Shown: positions 1 to 10,207 of the stretch, piece by piece | Position numbering within the stretch: the first letter of the stretch is position 1 | Layout: each line of letters starts with the position of its first letter | Assembly: GCA_001563335.1 (NCBI GenBank) | Contig: LRSL01000057.1 | Location: forward strand, 1-29,531 | DNA: 29,531 bases | Direction of reading: 5' to 3' | Origin: Candidatus Thorarchaeota archaeon SMTZ1-45 | GTDB taxonomy: Archaea; Asgardarchaeota; Thorarchaeia; Thorarchaeales; Thorarchaeaceae | Made by a program: the position numbers and the translations under genes | The notes under the pieces: generated by a model | Database searches by the model: none | Told to the model about the DNA's origin: nothing | What the model saw: the letters and a program-made list of their open reading frames with translations, nothing else

Positions 1-1008
1 TATGACACTGAGGATGTAGAGATCTATTATGAATCGGACTATAGTTTTTCAATACCAGCAGGGAGTACAACCTATACCATGCCAGGACCATCAGTAAGAA
101 CAGGTTTTGTTAATGTCATAGCAAAAGGTATAGTTTCAAATCAAGTTACAGTTGCACTCTTTAGATGCTTGTCAGATGATCCAAAACCAGATCTCTATAT
201 TTTCAACCGGTGGGATGAATCTACATGGGGACCTGGAGTTTCTGGTGATGATATCGGATGGTCTAATCCAGATATCGCAGTCTACAATGGCGACACTCCA
301 GTCACATTAGCGGGTGGTGTTTACCCAACTATTACCTATGCTGTTTCTATAATAGTTCATAATCAGGGAGATGCTAAAGCTATTGATACGACAGTTACTC
401 TTTGGTACGCTGAAATAGGAGGAGGAGTTTCGTGGGATTACGCTGGAGATTTCACTATTCCAGAAATTCCTATTGATCAAGCAGGCTATGCGTGGATATA
501 TTGGACACCAGAATCAGATGGAGTATATTGTCTCAAAGTGGAGATAAGTAATGAGAGAGATAGAAATCTCAACAACAATGTTGGCGCTCTCGCTGTTACT
601 GTAATGGAGTATTCATCACCTGCAAAAACAGACTTCTATATAGGAAATCCGACAGATACGGACGATTATGTCTTCATATGTGTGAGACAACAAGGCAACC
701 ATTCAGATGTCTGGAATGCTACAGTAATGCATTATTTCTCACAAGTAATTAAGAGCCATGAAAATGTAACAATTTCATTGCAGGTAGATCCAGGACCAAG
801 CTTTGAGGGAAATGAGTCGCGTTTCTTTGTTGCAGACATCTATGTGAAATGTCAACTCGTTGGGGGATTATCATTCATAGTGTCAAGAGTACAGCAACCT
901 ACAAGCACTAGTCCTGATCCGTTCATGATGGGGATAGTGTTGGGAATTGGAATAGGGATGACACTAACAGTTATTGTACTTGTTGGAGTCATGAAACGGA
1001 AAAAATAG
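1..1008 (+). CDS. Membrane-anchored surface protein with CARDB/Ig-like domain (5' truncated by window edge)
   Basis: Frame is open from base 1 to the ATG at 79. CARDB-like signature (VHNQG...A...TVTLW...G.YCLKVEI....D.NL.NN). Thr/Ser/Pro linker, C-terminal hydrophobic helix and basic tail (MKRKK). Confidence 0.7.
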   Translation, partial: YDTEDVEIYYESDYSFSIPAGSTTYTMPGPSVRTGFVNVIAKGIVSNQVTVALFRCLSDDPKPDLYIFNRWDESTWGPGVSGDDIGWSNPDIAVYNGDTPVTLAGGVYPTITYAVSIIVHNQGDAKAIDTTVTLWYAEIGGGVSWDYAGDFTIPEIPIDQAGYAWIYWTPESDGVYCLKVEISNERDRNLNNNVGALAVTVMEYSSPAKTDFYIGNPTDTDDYVFICVRQQGNHSDVWNATVMHYFSQVIKSHENVTISLQVDPGPSFEGNESRFFVADIYVKCQLVGGLSFIVSRVQQPTSTSPDPFMMGIVLGIGIGMTLTVIVLVGVMKRKK

Positions 1009-1182
1009 AAGATCTAGGTTCATCAGTATCTGAGCCAGATTTTCAAGTTTAGCAAATCCATCATATAAGTCAAAACCATAGTAGGATTTTTAAGAAACAT
1101 AATAGAAATTTTACAACAAATCGCGTCATTGGGAGGAACTTGCATATTGTCAACTAGTGAAGGAAAGAAATTCAATAAGAAG

Positions 1183-1359
1183 ATGTTCGGAATAGATATT
1201 CTAATACGAATCATCATTTTTGCAATAGCCTATGTCTTGATATTCGTAATATGTCCAATGATACATGGGACAATAACACTAGAGTGTGTTGTCATTGTAA
1301 TTATCATAGTCGTATTAATTACTGACCTAATTCCGGGCACTGGCAAGGGAGGTTGGTAG
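1183..1359 (+). CDS. Small two-helix membrane protein (58 aa from ATG 1183; the track extends it to TTG 1129)
   Basis: Two strongly hydrophobic segments (ILIRIIIFAIAYVLIFVICP; VVIVIIIVVLITDLI). Confidence 0.5.
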   Translation: MFGIDILIRIIIFAIAYVLIFVICPMIHGTITLECVVIVIIIVVLITDLIPGTGKGGW

Positions 1360-1447
1360 GTCCAAGATCTATCAATCGCAAATCTAAACACACGTACTTT
1401 CAATAATCCAAATTGTAGGAGAACAACTATACGTGGAGTTAGGATTG

Positions 1448-2920
1448 TTACAATTTTCTCATCAATGCATCAAACTGGGGTTTCAAGAATTGGAGATTCT
1501 CTTTCTCTGAAAGCGACCGAATCTGAGGAATAATCTCTCTTAGAAGTACTTCATCATTGTTCTGAAGCGCAATATCAGCCTTGAGCAGCAACACTTGTCC
1601 TAGTATCCCAGGCAAATTCTCAGAAAGTGCTTTGTCTTCTAAAATTGCAAGTGAAGGAGAAACTTCTTCACCTGGATGAGATGAATAGACTTCAGCTCTA
1701 GCTAGTTGATGCAAGAAAAAGAGCTCCATGAGATATGCAGACCCTTGTTTCTCAATGATTCTAAGTGCTTGTTCAATACTACCTAAAGCCTGCGGAAATT
1801 CACCTTGCTCTAATTCCAAAGCACCTGTGACATAATGAAGCCAAGCAAGTTGTTTTTCATCTCCAGATTTCATGATTGATTCTTGTATTGTATCAATAAG
1901 AGCTTGAGCCTCTGTGATTCTTTTCAATAGAATGAGTGACCATATTTGATTGAGGACTGCACGGTTAATCAGGTATGGCCTAGACTGTAGTTGGGTTTCA
2001 GCCATGCAACCCCATTCCAAACCTGATTCAGCATCACCTATTATGTTATAGTAGAGTGCAAGGAAATAAGAAGCATTTCCGGTTTCAAGACCTGATCTCT
2101 CTCGGAGATTGACAGCTTGTAAACCTCTTTTGATAGCAATATCATACTCACCTCTTATTGCATCCAGCATGCTTAGATTGTATAGGATATCTGCATAGAA
2201 TGCAGGAAGTCCTAATGAGCTATCAACAATCCGATAAGCTTCCTCCAGTAATTCTCTTGATTGCTTCATATCTTGGTTCATTATGATATTTGCTTTCCAT
2301 ATCAATAAGTGTGCCATTCGGAGTCTATCGTCATACTTCTCTGCAATCTGTATTCCTCTCTCAGTACAAAGAAACCGTTCTTCCGTGTCGCCATCTGTAA
2401 GTGCACGATGTGACTGATAGTCATTCAATATGATCTCATAGAAACCAAAATCAGGATTACTATCGATAAGCTCATGGATTCTATCCATTGTTGACTCCTT
2501 GTATATTGTTGTGGGATAGTTTATCATATCAGCTTCAAACTTCATGAAATTCATTTCAAGAGCAATCCAGTCTTCCGGTTCTGTTGCCAATACAGCATCA
2601 GCTAGTTCATGAACTTTCTTTACATCTTCATACGTGCCCTGAAAAGCAGAAGTGATGAAGAGATTAGGACAAAGAATGAGATGCTCCTCGCCATATTTCT
2701 CTCTGATCATATCGATGAGGGGGTATTCTAATGCAAGAATGCAGTGATGGATCGCGAAATAGACAACCATTGTTGGTGGATCATCTTTGAGAACTAATTC
2801 GCCTAATTTGTGCACAAAATCATAGTAGTCCGATGACTCAGTCATGATATTCTCAAGTATTTCCTTGGTTTCTTCATCGATGAATGGGAAATACTGTGTA
2901 ATAGTTCCCATTGGCTCCAT
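1448..2920 (-). CDS. Tetratricopeptide-repeat-like helical protein
   Basis: 490-aa ORF with repeated TPR-like helices (e.g. LYNLSMLDAIRGEYDIAIKRGLQA; LHYVTGALELEQGEFPQALGSIEQAL). Confidence 0.7.
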   Translation of the reverse strand: MEPMGTITQYFPFIDEETKEILENIMTESSDYYDFVHKLGELVLKDDPPTMVVYFAIHHCILALEYPLIDMIREKYGEEHLILCPNLFITSAFQGTYEDVKKVHELADAVLATEPEDWIALEMNFMKFEADMINYPTTIYKESTMDRIHELIDSNPDFGFYEIILNDYQSHRALTDGDTEERFLCTERGIQIAEKYDDRLRMAHLLIWKANIIMNQDMKQSRELLEEAYRIVDSSLGLPAFYADILYNLSMLDAIRGEYDIAIKRGLQAVNLRERSGLETGNASYFLALYYNIIGDAESGLEWGCMAETQLQSRPYLINRAVLNQIWSLILLKRITEAQALIDTIQESIMKSGDEKQLAWLHYVTGALELEQGEFPQALGSIEQALRIIEKQGSAYLMELFFLHQLARAEVYSSHPGEEVSPSLAILEDKALSENLPGILGQVLLLKADIALQNNDEVLLREIIPQIRSLSEKENLQFLKPQFDALMRKL

Positions 2921-3025
2921 CTTCGTGCTCCCTCTGATTATAGAAACTTAAGGTACACTTACGACTATTCTCTCAATAAATGGAAGCTCTACTGAGAAAA
3001 AAATCTTGTTCAAGGAGTTGATCGA

Positions 3026-3949
3026 TTAATGCCCAATCTTACTAATCATTTCCTCAATCTTAATTCGACCTAGTCTTGGGAACTTCTTGACAGGATATGA
3101 TAGCAGGACATCGACTGATTTTGAAAAGGGTGCATTCTTCGAAATTCTCGAGATTTGTTCAGCATCTCTGAAGTGCTCGGTCACGAATTTGGCGAACAAG
3201 ACAGGCTCCATCGCAGAGTAGAAAGAAAACCAGTACTCATCAGGAAAGGTCTCGCGGAACCATCTGTCTATCTCTTCCATCTCTGAAGTCTGTTCATCAT
3301 ATTTTATCTTGAGATAGAACTCCGTGTTATTCCCTAGACTTAGGTTCCATCTTACTGCAAACCAGAAGGAATTACTGTCTAGCATCTCCTGAATAGCTCT
3401 GCTAACGCGTCTTGCTGTCGAACCTGATTCAGCTGAGATTTCACTTACTTGCATCCGGGCATCTTTCAATAGATATTTCAGAACTCGAAGATGCAACTTC
3501 TTGATGTCAAATTTCTCGCCGCGTTTAGTCAATGTTGTGTGTAATTCGATGTTGGTTACCGAGTCTAGTGTTCGAAGGAATGTTGCAAGATTTTGAAGTT
3601 CTTCAGTACCCACATACTCACAATGAATAAGGTATAATCTTCCAACACCAGTCACCTGTTGACCTACCTGAATAACCATTAAGTTGGAACCAATCAGTTC
3701 CATGAATTCTTCTTCATTTTCAGAACCATCTGTGGAAATTAAAGCTACTAGATAATCAGAGTTCATCATCGCTGGTCTCAAGATTATTGAGAATTCTTCA
3801 ATGACACCTGTTTCAATAAGTCGGTCCAATCGTTTTCTAATTGCTGTTGCTGTTAAGCCAAGACTTTCAGCAATTGCTTGATATGATAATCTACAATTCT
3901 CATCAAGTGCAAGAAGAATTTGCTTGTCAATACGATCCAAGACATACAC
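3026..3949 (-). CDS. Lrp/AsnC-family transcriptional regulator with two tandem HTH+RAM units
   Basis: N-terminal LDRIDKQILLALDENCRLSYQAIAESLGLT HTH. Second HTH (LRVLKYLLKDARMQVSEISAESG) in mid-protein. Confidence 0.85.
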   Translation of the reverse strand: MYVLDRIDKQILLALDENCRLSYQAIAESLGLTATAIRKRLDRLIETGVIEEFSIILRPAMMNSDYLVALISTDGSENEEEFMELIGSNLMVIQVGQQVTGVGRLYLIHCEYVGTEELQNLATFLRTLDSVTNIELHTTLTKRGEKFDIKKLHLRVLKYLLKDARMQVSEISAESGSTARRVSRAIQEMLDSNSFWFAVRWNLSLGNNTEFYLKIKYDEQTSEMEEIDRWFRETFPDEYWFSFYSAMEPVLFAKFVTEHFRDAEQISRISKNAPFSKSVDVLLSYPVKKFPRLGRIKIEEMISKIGH

Positions 3950-4017
3950 CTAGATTATGATTGTTCGGGGTTTTAGCATCTGCGAAGAAGCAGGTTAGTA
4001 TCCGAGGATTTGTAAAA

Positions 4018-4392
4018 CTATGGTGGAAGTAATGCGCTAAATAGATTATCTTTAGGAGTTTCTTGGATTACTTTTGACGCACAGTAGATGCAGCCACTCC
4101 CGATGATAGACAATTCAAAACCAAAGTTTCGAAGTTTCTGGAGATACTCCAGATGTTTAGAGAATTGGTCAATAATGTCTGAGGAGGCAGATTCTCCCAT
4201 AGCGGCAGAATCGGGTAGAGAAAGTTCTACCTCAATAGAGCAGATGCCAGTGTCTTGCATGTCACGATCTAGCAAAATGCGAACCCAGGGAGTCTTATGT
4301 ATCAAAATAGTACCTTCTGAGGAACTTGATGTTGCTCTGAGGTATTCATCTTTCAACTTGACAGTCATCATATATTTCACGAATATTGACAT
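4018..4392 (-). CDS. Hypothetical protein (124 aa)
   Basis: Fills the gap between co-oriented genes with protein-like composition. No motif recognised. Confidence 0.55.
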   Translation of the reverse strand: MSIFVKYMMTVKLKDEYLRATSSSSEGTILIHKTPWVRILLDRDMQDTGICSIEVELSLPDSAAMGESASSDIIDQFSKHLEYLQKLRNFGFELSIIGSGCIYCASKVIQETPKDNLFSALLPP

Positions 4393-4465
4393 TCATGACT
4401 GATTATGAAATGGCCTACACCTGCAAGTTTGGAAAGGAGCTATTATCATGGTGGTAAGATTATAA

Positions 4466-5929
4466 TTAGTCCGATACCTGTGCCAATGATTTTGCGAGTT
4501 TCTTTTTCGCTTCCAGGTCACTCAAGCGATTTATCATGATTCGTTGAGCTTGCGGAGATCCTGCACCATGCATAGATTCCGTTAAATATCCCACAGCTGC
4601 TCTTCCTAGAGTCAGATTCTCTATTAACCTCAACATCTTGACTCGGTCCATTGTAGAAACGCCCTCAGCTCCAACAAGATATTTCTCTATTATACTACGA
4701 GTTTCAGGATTGCTCAACTCTCGTGCACTTGGACATGTCACAAAAAGTCCTCCTGCAATATCCTGCAATAATCGAGAGATCTCATAGGGAAATCTAGTTA
4801 CATTCTGCTTGCAGATATTTGCCAAGAGAAGGTCTACGAGATAATTACCAGCAGGTGTTTTGTGACCAGCAGCAGAGCATGCAATTCCACAGGAGTAGAG
4901 GGTTTCATTAAGATGAACCATCTCGGTGATTTTGTCACGGATATGAGATGCACCTTCGACACCGTTGTATTCAGCAATGGATGCTGCGGCACCCACCAAT
5001 ACATCTCCGACTCCAACCTTGCATCCACCATAGCTCTGTCTGTGGTATGCTGCGAAAGATTCAACGAGGCGTGAACAGAACTCGCTTTCACCGTTCATGA
5101 AGATTCGCTCGTTTGGTACAAAAACATCATCAAAGACGATCAGACACTCTTGTCCACCATATACTGGATTTCCACAGTCCACATTTCCAGCTTCTGTTTC
5201 ATCAAGTCGACGAAGGTCGCATGACTGGCGACCATAGTAATATGTGATGCCTTTTACATCTGCGGGAACTGCACAACAGATTGCATAATCTTTGTCTTCG
5301 TTCCTCATAGCCAATGTTGGCATTATCAGATGCTCGTGAGAATTGACAGCTCCTGTCTGGTGAGCCTTAGCTCCCCTTATCACAACACCATCATCCCTAC
5401 GTTCAGTCACATGAACAAAGACATCTGGGTCCTTTTGTTCTGAAGGTCTTTTACTTCGATCCCCCTTAGGATCAGTCATACATCCGTCTATGGTCCAATC
5501 TTCAGCCTCTGCTAGTTTGATATACTCTATGAACCTCTGATGGTAGTCTGTCTTAAACTTCTGATCAATCTCATACGTTGTGAGAAAGACAGCATTAAGT
5601 GCATCCATACCCACGCATCTCTGAAAACATGTTCCAGAAACCTGACCAAGTACACGTTGCATTTTGACCTTATCTTGAAGGTCTTCTGTACTATTATGTA
5701 GATGGCAGAATCTGTTGATTGTATTTCCAGTTATGATGGACTTCGTAGTCATTAAAGCTGAATATTCAGGATTGTGAGCCAAGTCATAGGTGAGAGAGAC
5801 TGAATTAATTGAAGCCCTAATGATTGGATGTTCTATTGGATTCTCAATCTTTTCTCCAAGTAAATAGATTCTGAGAGGTCCGCGTTTCTTGAGGCTCTCG
5901 ATATATTCCGCACCAGTTTTCAGTACCAT
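4466..5929 (-). CDS. abfD: 4-hydroxybutyryl-CoA dehydratase / vinylacetyl-CoA delta-isomerase
   Basis: Characteristic motifs TCFQRCVGMD, MTDPKGDR, HRQSYGGCK (4Fe-4S ligands) and ESMHGAGSPQAQR. Likely start MVLKTG at ATG 5929. Confidence 0.92.
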   Translation of the reverse strand: MVLKTGAEYIESLKKRGPLRIYLLGEKIENPIEHPIIRASINSVSLTYDLAHNPEYSALMTTKSIITGNTINRFCHLHNSTEDLQDKVKMQRVLGQVSGTCFQRCVGMDALNAVFLTTYEIDQKFKTDYHQRFIEYIKLAEAEDWTIDGCMTDPKGDRSKRPSEQKDPDVFVHVTERRDDGVVIRGAKAHQTGAVNSHEHLIMPTLAMRNEDKDYAICCAVPADVKGITYYYGRQSCDLRRLDETEAGNVDCGNPVYGGQECLIVFDDVFVPNERIFMNGESEFCSRLVESFAAYHRQSYGGCKVGVGDVLVGAAASIAEYNGVEGASHIRDKITEMVHLNETLYSCGIACSAAGHKTPAGNYLVDLLLANICKQNVTRFPYEISRLLQDIAGGLFVTCPSARELSNPETRSIIEKYLVGAEGVSTMDRVKMLRLIENLTLGRAAVGYLTESMHGAGSPQAQRIMINRLSDLEAKKKLAKSLAQVSD

Positions 5930-6131
5930 ATCAGGTAGCTCCCTCTTTTGGAGTCGATTTTGGTAATAGTACAACTCTACTTATGAGCTATGTGCTAGTG
6001 ATTAGCGGAACGTGTTGAATGTGCTATTTTTCACTTAGCAAGAAATGGGAAAAGAAAAGATGAATCAATCTATCAATTCAACCGAAACATAAATGGATAT
6101 GAATTGAGGAATCTAGATTTCTTAGGATAAA

Positions 6132-7052
6132 GTGATTTCTATGGATGACATCGATAAAAGAATCATCTTAAAGCTTGATTCTGATTGCAGGATGACTTAC
6201 CAAATGATGGCCAACAAGCTAGGTCTGTCATCCACTGCCATTAGGAAAAGACTCACGAAATTACTTGATTCAGGTATAATTGACCGCTTTATGACAACTC
6301 TCAGCCTTGAAATGATTGACTCTGATTTGATAATCGCTATTGTCCAAACAGATGGATCGGAATTTCAAGACGAATTTATTAGTGAGATGAGAAAGAACTC
6401 CTCAGTTGTACAAGTTTCCCACGTTGCTTGTGGAAAAGGTGGGCTTTACTCCGTCTTTGCAGTTACGAGTGGAGTACAAGCTCTATCTGATTTTGGATTG
6501 TTTTTAAGAACCCTAAAATCAGTGACAAATGTAGAGATTCATGTTCTTGTTTATCCCAGAGGCAAGAAAGTTGAATTAACAAATTTGCAACTTAGGGTAC
6601 TGAAACACTTAGTTGACGATCCGCGCATGTCCATAGCGGATTTAGCAGAAATGACAGGGATGACCGCAAGAAGAGTTCGACGAGTTATAGATGAATTGCA
6701 TGAAGGCAGTGGAATCGATTTCTCAGTATATTGGAATCTAGGAAAAGGAGGACTCACTGAAATCCTTCTGCGAATTGAATGGGATGAGAATATTTCAAAT
6801 CACGAAAGTGTGACAGATTGGCTTAGGAAGGAATATCCACTTGAGTTCTGGACACCATTCATTAGTGCTACTTCTCCAATAATGTTTGCTCGATTCGTTG
6901 TAGATAAACTAGAAACTATCGAGTCCATAACAAAAGGAGTACGAAAAGCACCTTTTGTGAAATCGGTAACAATCCTAGTCTTCTTTTCAAATAATATGTT
7001 CGAATGGCCGGGAGTCAAAGAACTCAGACTTCGCCTTGAAGAAATCAAATAA
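6132..7052 (+). CDS. Lrp/AsnC-family transcriptional regulator with two tandem HTH+RAM units
   Basis: MDDIDKRIILKLDSDCRMTYQMMANKLGLS HTH. Second HTH LRVLKHLVDDPRMSIADLAEMTG. Paralogue of 3026-3949, divergent from abfD. Confidence 0.85.
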   Translation: MISMDDIDKRIILKLDSDCRMTYQMMANKLGLSSTAIRKRLTKLLDSGIIDRFMTTLSLEMIDSDLIIAIVQTDGSEFQDEFISEMRKNSSVVQVSHVACGKGGLYSVFAVTSGVQALSDFGLFLRTLKSVTNVEIHVLVYPRGKKVELTNLQLRVLKHLVDDPRMSIADLAEMTGMTARRVRRVIDELHEGSGIDFSVYWNLGKGGLTEILLRIEWDENISNHESVTDWLRKEYPLEFWTPFISATSPIMFARFVVDKLETIESITKGVRKAPFVKSVTILVFFSNNMFEWPGVKELRLRLEEIK

Positions 7053-7185
7053 TGGAGTGGATTTTTGAAACCTTGCAGTCTCTCGAATGCGATAACAAAA
7101 TAGTGTCGAATTTTAGGAACCAATTTTCCGACTCTATAAGTTGAGGTTAAGCTCGAGTAGTGTTCCTCACTCAGATATTATCCTC

Positions 7186-8076
7186 TCAATCGAATTGCTC
7201 ATCAAGCCATCTATTGAGTGGATCAAGACTTCCTAATGGAAATTCAGCATGTTTTCCCCCAATAGCGACATGAAACATTTTGTTGGTAGAAGGAATCTCA
7301 TCAAAGAGAGCACGACAGTTCTCAACTGAAAAAAGTTCATCATTATCACCCACACCTACAAAGATAGGCATGTTTGAAAGTTCTGGGAAGGTAAAGTCTC
7401 GAAGCTGTACAATTTTCATGAAACGATACGTATAGTTGAAGGTGAAGAGGGGATCATCAAGACCAACCATTCCTTCTCGGTAGTATCGTATCACAGGTTT
7501 CTTTGGATTGATAATAGTGCTGAAAAGTATCTTTAGTTTTTGAAGTGTAGACATGCTAGGATATGCAGTTGGTCTAGTAATTCTAGCCCCACTTAATAGC
7601 ACAGCTCCATCTATGTTTTCAAGACAATTGTTCATCACGAATGTAGCTGACAGCACTCCAAGGCTATGACCTAAGATAACAACCTTGTCATGATATTGTT
7701 TGACGAACTGAATAGATTCGCATAGGTCTTTGATGAATCTCTCTATACTAGGATAATCACCCCTATTACCATCAGAGAGACCATGACCTCTTAAATCAAG
7801 ACCATAGACTGTGAATCCTATTTCCGTTAAGGGAGTAGCAATTAACATGTATGGTCCACTATATGCGGTGATTCCATGGAAAATTAGAATTACAGATTCT
7901 TTTCTTTCATCTTCTATAGGTTCCCACTTCCTTAAGAAAAGGATTTGATTGTCAGAGGTAGTAATCAGATGATGAGGTTCTTTGAATTCATTCCGAAGTT
8001 TTGGAACATCAACCACCATAATATCACACTGAAATTGGAATGTGTTCTTGCTTAAAGTATTCTCTCTCAAAGACAA
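7186..8076 (-). CDS. Alpha/beta-hydrolase (lysophospholipase/monoglyceride lipase-like)
   Basis: FHG oxyanion motif, DLRGHGLS, nucleophile GHSLG, downstream Asp (GDNDE) and His (GGKH). True start may be ATG 8019. Confidence 0.88.
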   Translation of the reverse strand: MSLRENTLSKNTFQFQCDIMVVDVPKLRNEFKEPHHLITTSDNQILFLRKWEPIEDERKESVILIFHGITAYSGPYMLIATPLTEIGFTVYGLDLRGHGLSDGNRGDYPSIERFIKDLCESIQFVKQYHDKVVILGHSLGVLSATFVMNNCLENIDGAVLLSGARITRPTAYPSMSTLQKLKILFSTIINPKKPVIRYYREGMVGLDDPLFTFNYTYRFMKIVQLRDFTFPELSNMPIFVGVGDNDELFSVENCRALFDEIPSTNKMFHVAIGGKHAEFPLGSLDPLNRWLDEQFD

Positions 8077-8101
8077 TTATGATGCTAAGCTATTGCAAAA
8101 G

Positions 8102-8746
8102 TCATTTCCTGAATTCTTCCAGAATATCGATAACTTCACTATCAGGAACATCATACCATTTCTTGTAAGCATTGGCAACAGCAAAGATGAAACCTGACTC
8201 AATACGTGGACAAATGAGTACACTACCAGATCCTTTTACTAGATTAGCAGCACTTGATGATGCGGTTGGGACTGCAACGATTATGCTATTGGGTCTTAGA
8301 CCTTTAACTGACTCAATGGCGGCCATCATCGTATATCCACTAGCAAGTCCATCATCTACAAGAATTACATCTTTTCCTGTAGGATCAACAATTCCCACAA
8401 GACCACGATAGTCTGCTTTCCGTTTTTCAATCTGCTCCTGAGTCTGTTTGACAACTGAGTCTATCTGGTGTTGGTTCAAACCAATAGATCTGACCAACCG
8501 TTCATTGAGCAGCAATGAACCCTGAGAGGTCAAAGCTCCAAATCCCGCCTCTGTGTTTCCTGGAACCTGTAACTTTCGTACGATTATTACATCCAACTCT
8601 GCAGCCAGAGTTTCTGCGATCTCAACTCCCACAGGTATACCTCCATTTGGTATTGCCAAAACAACAGGACGAGTTTCGAATCGATTGTCTTTCAATTTTT
8701 TAGCTAAGACTTGTCCTGCTTCGGTCCGATTCTCGTACGAGTACAA
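8102..8746 (-). CDS. Phosphoribosyltransferase-family protein
   Basis: NRTEAG..LA, VLAIPNGG, and the PRPP-binding motif VILVDDGLASGYT. Confidence 0.88.
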   Translation of the reverse strand: MYSYENRTEAGQVLAKKLKDNRFETRPVVLAIPNGGIPVGVEIAETLAAELDVIIVRKLQVPGNTEAGFGALTSQGSLLLNERLVRSIGLNQHQIDSVVKQTQEQIEKRKADYRGLVGIVDPTGKDVILVDDGLASGYTMMAAIESVKGLRPNSIIVAVPTASSSAANLVKGSGSVLICPRIESGFIFAVANAYKKWYDVPDSEVIDILEEFRK

Positions 8747-8926
8747 TGGTTACTCCCCAGTTTGCTTGTTTGATGTACTCATTATACCCACATAAGGAGT
8801 ACGAACACCTGTCTTGACGATGAGATGTTTTTGATACGACATAATATTTTATTCATAAGCTCTAAAAGGTGGTTTCTATTGCCATAGCGAAAAAATTGCC
8901 CTTCACAGTTGTTTCATTTTATGTTG

Positions 8927-10207
8927 TCATCTACCGCTAGTCATTAGTTCTTCCTTTTTTTCTACTCTGCTTGTTTTCATTATAGATGATATTTTTAGAA
9001 AAGTATCATCAATCATTAGTTCCTCATCTCTAGCAATAGTTGTTGGAGGACCTTGCTCAACATCAATACCGGGCACATAATCGAAAATCTCACTGAGTTT
9101 CGAGTTTAAGAGAGTGAATAGCTTGGATAATGGTAATTCCATTGGACATGCATCTTGACACTGTCCGCAACCGATGCATGAATCAGCAACGTGGGCAAGT
9201 CGTGTAAGAGGGAAAATTCCATTGGGAGGTATTTCACCACCTACTAAGAACTCTCTATTGGCTTCAAGCAAGCAAGTTTCACAATAGCAAATTGGGCATG
9301 CGTCTCGACAGCCAAAACATTTGATGCACTTCTTGAACTCACTTGTCCAATATTTGAATCGATTTGGAAAACTCAGTTCAAGCAGAGGTTTGAAATCATG
9401 TTCTCTCCACATTCTTGCACGTTCAAGCTCAGTCTTGTCTTTTCTTGCTCTTAATTCGATACTTGTCTTATTGGGAGTGTCAATCTTAATGTAACCATTA
9501 TCTATTGCTTTCCTAAACAGCGATTGTCCTTTGTTAGAAGATACCTCGACAAATGTCCCAGCTTCTTCTAGCTCCTCTGTCCCCCATTTTCCAAAAGCGA
9601 GGTCTGCGAAAGTTGGTATGTTAAACTCACATCGACGACAATTTTCGCGGCGGCCTAAACCTTTCTTTTCAAGCTTCGCAAGATCCATTGATTTGACATT
9701 TCCATCTTCAAGAGTAATTGTAAGCATTCCATCATCAATATCTTCTTTTATGACAGCACTTGGGTCAACCTTGAACTCTTCAATATACATCTTTCTTGCA
9801 GTTGCTGGCGTTATGGTCCCAGTGCAATTCAGACCAATGAGAATCACATTGTCAATGTCAATCTGCTTCCTTTTTTGAAGCTCAATGATTGCTCTGATAT
9901 CACAAGGCTTACCAACTATAGCCAATTTCATGTTTGCAGCTCCTTCAAGATACTCCTTCACAAATCGGGGAATATTTGGTAGTGAGCAATGAAGCGATCC
10001 TGCTGTATCTGTCAAATCCTCAGGATTAGTTATCAAAACAGAAACACCTGAAAACCGATCACCACTGTTGGATTTCACTGTGACAACACCATTAATCTCA
10101 CCCGTTTCCAGGGCACACTTGAGTATGGATGTGACTGCTCCTCCTGAATCTGCTTTTTCTAGAATATCTGAATCAGATGAACGAGCTATGAACATTTCTG
10201 GATTCAT
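8927..10207 (-). CDS. fdhB: Formate dehydrogenase beta subunit (FrhB/FdhB family, C-terminal 2x[4Fe-4S])
   Basis: SGGAVT, GKPCD, IGLNCTG, RRENCRRC, CIKCFGCRDACPICYC, CIGCGQCQDACP. ATGA overlap with fdhA. Confidence 0.88.
   Translation of the reverse strand: MNPEMFIARSSDSDILEKADSGGAVTSILKCALETGEINGVVTVKSNSGDRFSGVSVLITNPEDLTDTAGSLHCSLPNIPRFVKEYLEGAANMKLAIVGKPCDIRAIIELQKRKQIDIDNVILIGLNCTGTITPATARKMYIEEFKVDPSAVIKEDIDDGMLTITLEDGNVKSMDLAKLEKKGLGRRENCRRCEFNIPTFADLAFGKWGTEELEEAGTFVEVSSNKGQSLFRKAIDNGYIKIDTPNKTSIELRARKDKTELERARMWREHDFKPLLELSFPNRFKYWTSEFKKCIKCFGCRDACPICYCETCLLEANREFLVGGEIPPNGIFPLTRLAHVADSCIGCGQCQDACPMELPLSKLFTLLNSKLSEIFDYVPGIDVEQGPPTTIARDEELMIDDTFLKISSIMKTSRVEKKEELMTSGR

Noticed and set aside
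6040-6066. Purine-rich tracts at ~6045 and ~12815 resembling the repeat
   Set aside because: Only the low-complexity GA-rich part matches. The diagnostic GTGYGACC/GCACC segment is absent.
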